Assembly (NCBI GenBank): GCA_003450815.1
Contig: DMES01000077.1
Coordinates: 17,681 to 81,680, forward strand
Source of the DNA: Elusimicrobiota bacterium
GTDB lineage: Bacteria > Elusimicrobiota > Elusimicrobia > Elusimicrobiales > UBA9959
Length of the DNA stretch: 64,000 nt
Reading direction: 5' to 3'
Position numbers and translations under genes: made by a program. Positions 61,879 to 64,000 of this stretch are shown here, piece after piece. The notes beneath the pieces are model-generated. The model saw nothing but the letters and a program-made list of their open reading frames with translations. It made no database searches and was not told where the DNA came from. Positions within the stretch are counted from its first letter, which is position 1, and every line of letters begins with the position of its first letter.

Positions 61879-62564
61879 AAATGCGTCTTATTCGCAAAAC
61901 CAATAGTCGGGCGGTTTATAAGTTAAAAGATTTCCGAAAAATCAACAACAAGTTTTTCCGGGAAATCCCGTGGCCTGACAATCTTCGCGGCATGATTTTT
62001 TCTTTTGAAAAAAAGATAAAAGACGAACAAAAGGTTATCAAGGCTATTTCCAGTAAATATTGGGTCTCAGTTGGGTATTCAGTAGAAAGCCGTAAACTCG
62101 TAAACTGCGGAAATATGCTCCCTAACCACATAAGACCGTCAAAACCAACTAATACTGAATTACATAAACTGTTTTGCAAAACCCAGAGCATGTTTTACAA
62201 GACCTGGCGTAATAATCTGGGCCCCGCTTATCTAAAAGAAGTCCGCATGGTAGCTGACAATATGCTGAATTCAGCGAAGGTTACATGCCTGAAAAAAAAT
62301 GGGAAGGCCGTAGGATTGCTGATTGTTGTAAAATGGAAGAATCATATGGATATCCCCGTTAACTGGGTGGTTTGGGTGTGGATCGACAGAAACCTCCCAG
62401 TTGAGGAGAGAACAGCAGTAAGAGATTATTTTACCGGATGGATGAAAAAGCATATACGTGGGTGTATCCAATGTGTGATTAATTCGTTTAATATAAAATC
62501 TCACAGGTTTTTTAAAAAAATGGGGTTTTTCCCGGAATGTGTACATTATATTCGCACAAAATAA
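61875..62564 (+). CDS. hypothetical protein with GNAT-like C-terminal half
   Basis: ATGA overlap with the radical SAM gene. C-terminal ..NIKSHRFFKKMGFFP resembles the GNAT alpha4 motif. Confidence 0.45.
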   Translation: MKMRLIRKTNSRAVYKLKDFRKINNKFFREIPWPDNLRGMIFSFEKKIKDEQKVIKAISSKYWVSVGYSVESRKLVNCGNMLPNHIRPSKPTNTELHKLFCKTQSMFYKTWRNNLGPAYLKEVRMVADNMLNSAKVTCLKKNGKAVGLLIVVKWKNHMDIPVNWVVWVWIDRNLPVEERTAVRDYFTGWMKKHIRGCIQCVINSFNIKSHRFFKKMGFFPECVHYIRTK

Positions 62565-63943
62565 ACAGGTCCTTGCTTGCGCTTTTTTTGTTTTTTGTTT
62601 GTTTGGGTTATTCCCATGCAAATCAGTGGGGGGTTATGGCTACAGGCTTGCCAGACCAGGTAACAACAAAACAAGCACGCGGCAATGTATCTTATTACAT
62701 TTTAAAGCAAACACATGAACCGATTCTCCGCAGAGATGACGGGCAAAATTACACCTCACGCATTCTTAGCGGGTGGAGTAGAAGTGTGGATTATACGCGG
62801 TACACTTTATGCCCGGATACTTCATTGCGTTTTAGCAGCAATATCCCATTTTCAATAGAAGTCTTTAGACGCCATCTCGATGTTATTACGAAGCAATTTG
62901 ACCCTATCTTTTCTTTAAAACAAGAAGACAAGTGTTTTATCATTAAGTTTGAAAAGACACGAAAAAGCTATGCCGACTTTCTTACACTATATGAAAATGC
63001 TCCCACACAAAAAGAGTCGGACAAAGTGGAGAGCGGTTTGGGCCCGTTCTTTGTAAAAACAATTAGCGCTGAAAAAATAGCTCTGTCTCGTAAAAAACCC
63101 TTGCGAAATGCGTACAATGAAATCGTGTTGTATGAATACCACGGGACATCAGATCCCAACCTTGCCAATCGAAACATAAAAGATTTCAATCTCATCCCTG
63201 ATTTTGATGTTCCCAAATGGGTCCCCTTGGAATATGTGGGTTTTAGAAATGTAGAGCTTAAAAGCGTGGCATTAATAATCAATCACCCTGACCCGGATAT
63301 CCGCAAAACGATATATAACTGCGCAGATGTTCAAACATTGCGCAAAGCATATTTCCCGCAAAAAAGCGGTTATTATAATATCCAGAATATTCTTCCTATT
63401 GGTATCGCCGAGGCAAAAGCCGGATTACCGGCTCAAACATGTCAGAAAAGATCCACGCCACCATCCGTTAAAACACCGATTGTCCTCGCTAATTGGATGC
63501 ATGGGAATAGTGAGGGACTGAATAAGTTTACACGGCAGTTTAATCTCAAAACAAACCTTCGATTGAAAGTGGTTGATTTTAGCCCACATGAGCTTGTAAA
63601 AGTTTTTAATAAAAAACCTCGCCCATACAATCTTTTAGTGCTTGTGTTCGATGCTGTGCGTGCCGATCCAAATGCTTTTTTTGACTCTTTTGCGAAAAGT
63701 GATGGTTTTCATGACTTTGAAATACCTGTAATAAAGAAATTGTATACAGAATTGAATCGAGAAGATAATGACGGGAAAAGAAAAGTCATAGCCGCACGCA
63801 TTGCAAATGAAATTTTAGATCAGAGCCTGGCCTTACCTCTTTATCAAAGTTTAAGAACCCTTTACTATCCTAAAGAGATTAAAAATCTTACCGTGGGAAC
63901 AGGCTTTCTTGAATATCCAGAAGTGGGGGATCTCAAATGGTGA
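62537..63943 (+). CDS. ABC transporter substrate-binding protein, family 5 (peptide/nickel/opine type)
   Basis: Signal-like LLALFLFFVCLGYSHA. YYILKQTHEPILRRDDGQNYTSRILSGWSRSVDYTRYTLCPDTSLRF fits the family 5 N-terminal pattern (recalled). Confidence 0.65.
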   Translation: MCTLYSHKINRSLLALFLFFVCLGYSHANQWGVMATGLPDQVTTKQARGNVSYYILKQTHEPILRRDDGQNYTSRILSGWSRSVDYTRYTLCPDTSLRFSSNIPFSIEVFRRHLDVITKQFDPIFSLKQEDKCFIIKFEKTRKSYADFLTLYENAPTQKESDKVESGLGPFFVKTISAEKIALSRKKPLRNAYNEIVLYEYHGTSDPNLANRNIKDFNLIPDFDVPKWVPLEYVGFRNVELKSVALIINHPDPDIRKTIYNCADVQTLRKAYFPQKSGYYNIQNILPIGIAEAKAGLPAQTCQKRSTPPSVKTPIVLANWMHGNSEGLNKFTRQFNLKTNLRLKVVDFSPHELVKVFNKKPRPYNLLVLVFDAVRADPNAFFDSFAKSDGFHDFEIPVIKKLYTELNREDNDGKRKVIAARIANEILDQSLALPLYQSLRTLYYPKEIKNLTVGTGFLEYPEVGDLKW

Positions 63944-64000
63944 AACTATTCAGCAGGATACTGGCGTATAACTGGAAATATTACGTTTTAGCGGTGGTAG
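63937..64000 (+). CDS. start of a probable ABC permease (truncated by window end)
   Basis: The ATG overlaps the SBP stop. MVKLFSRILAYNWKYYVLAVV is hydrophobic. Confidence 0.4.
   Translation, partial: MVKLFSRILAYNWKYYVLAVV

Overview
64-kb window from what looks like a diderm bacterium (kdsC, rfaE domain II, a LolA-like gene and several outer-membrane beta-barrel candidates) with intermediate GC. I cannot assign a taxon. About 60 protein genes are supportable. I recognised no rRNA, tRNA, CRISPR array, integrase or transposase. Backbone content: parA-parB preceded by two parS-like palindromes and a gene-poor stretch that could be an origin region; asd; and an unusual concentration of DNA-repair and recombination genes (rmuC, addA-like, dinD, ERCC4 nuclease, recQ, addB-like, tatD). 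There is also a MacB/FtsX-type ABC system with a LolA-like gene and an OM protein, a secreted C11 plus HExxH protease operon, and a minus-strand housekeeping block (Spt/Kbl-like, rfaE2, accC, accB-like, cdd, mtnP, glyA, rsmI, HD-GYP), followed by dapB-dapL. Accessory-looking parts: (1) 14.5-22.3 kb holds a nuclease-helicase with seven tandem HA repeats, translationally coupled to an unknown ORF and followed by an Rx4H (HEPN-like) protein, then dinD, Bro-N and ERCC4. Three promoters in this block share one palindromic operator. (2) 59.3-64 kb is an AT-richer block (judged by eye) with a small secreted peptide, a radical-SAM/SPASM-like enzyme, a GNAT-like protein and a peptide-type ABC importer. 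Non-coding structure is the most unusual aspect. Short tandem 7-nt-period repeats arranged as inverted arrays occupy many intergenic spacers and also sit in-frame inside addA-like, addB-like and rfaE2. A second structured repeat family occurs three times and shows a compensatory base-pair change. An AT-rich palindrome recurs at three gene boundaries. A promoter-plus-terminator-bounded, roughly 250-nt GC-rich RNA candidate lies upstream of rmuC. All calls come from reading the sequence and ORF track and from remembered family motifs; no searches were run.
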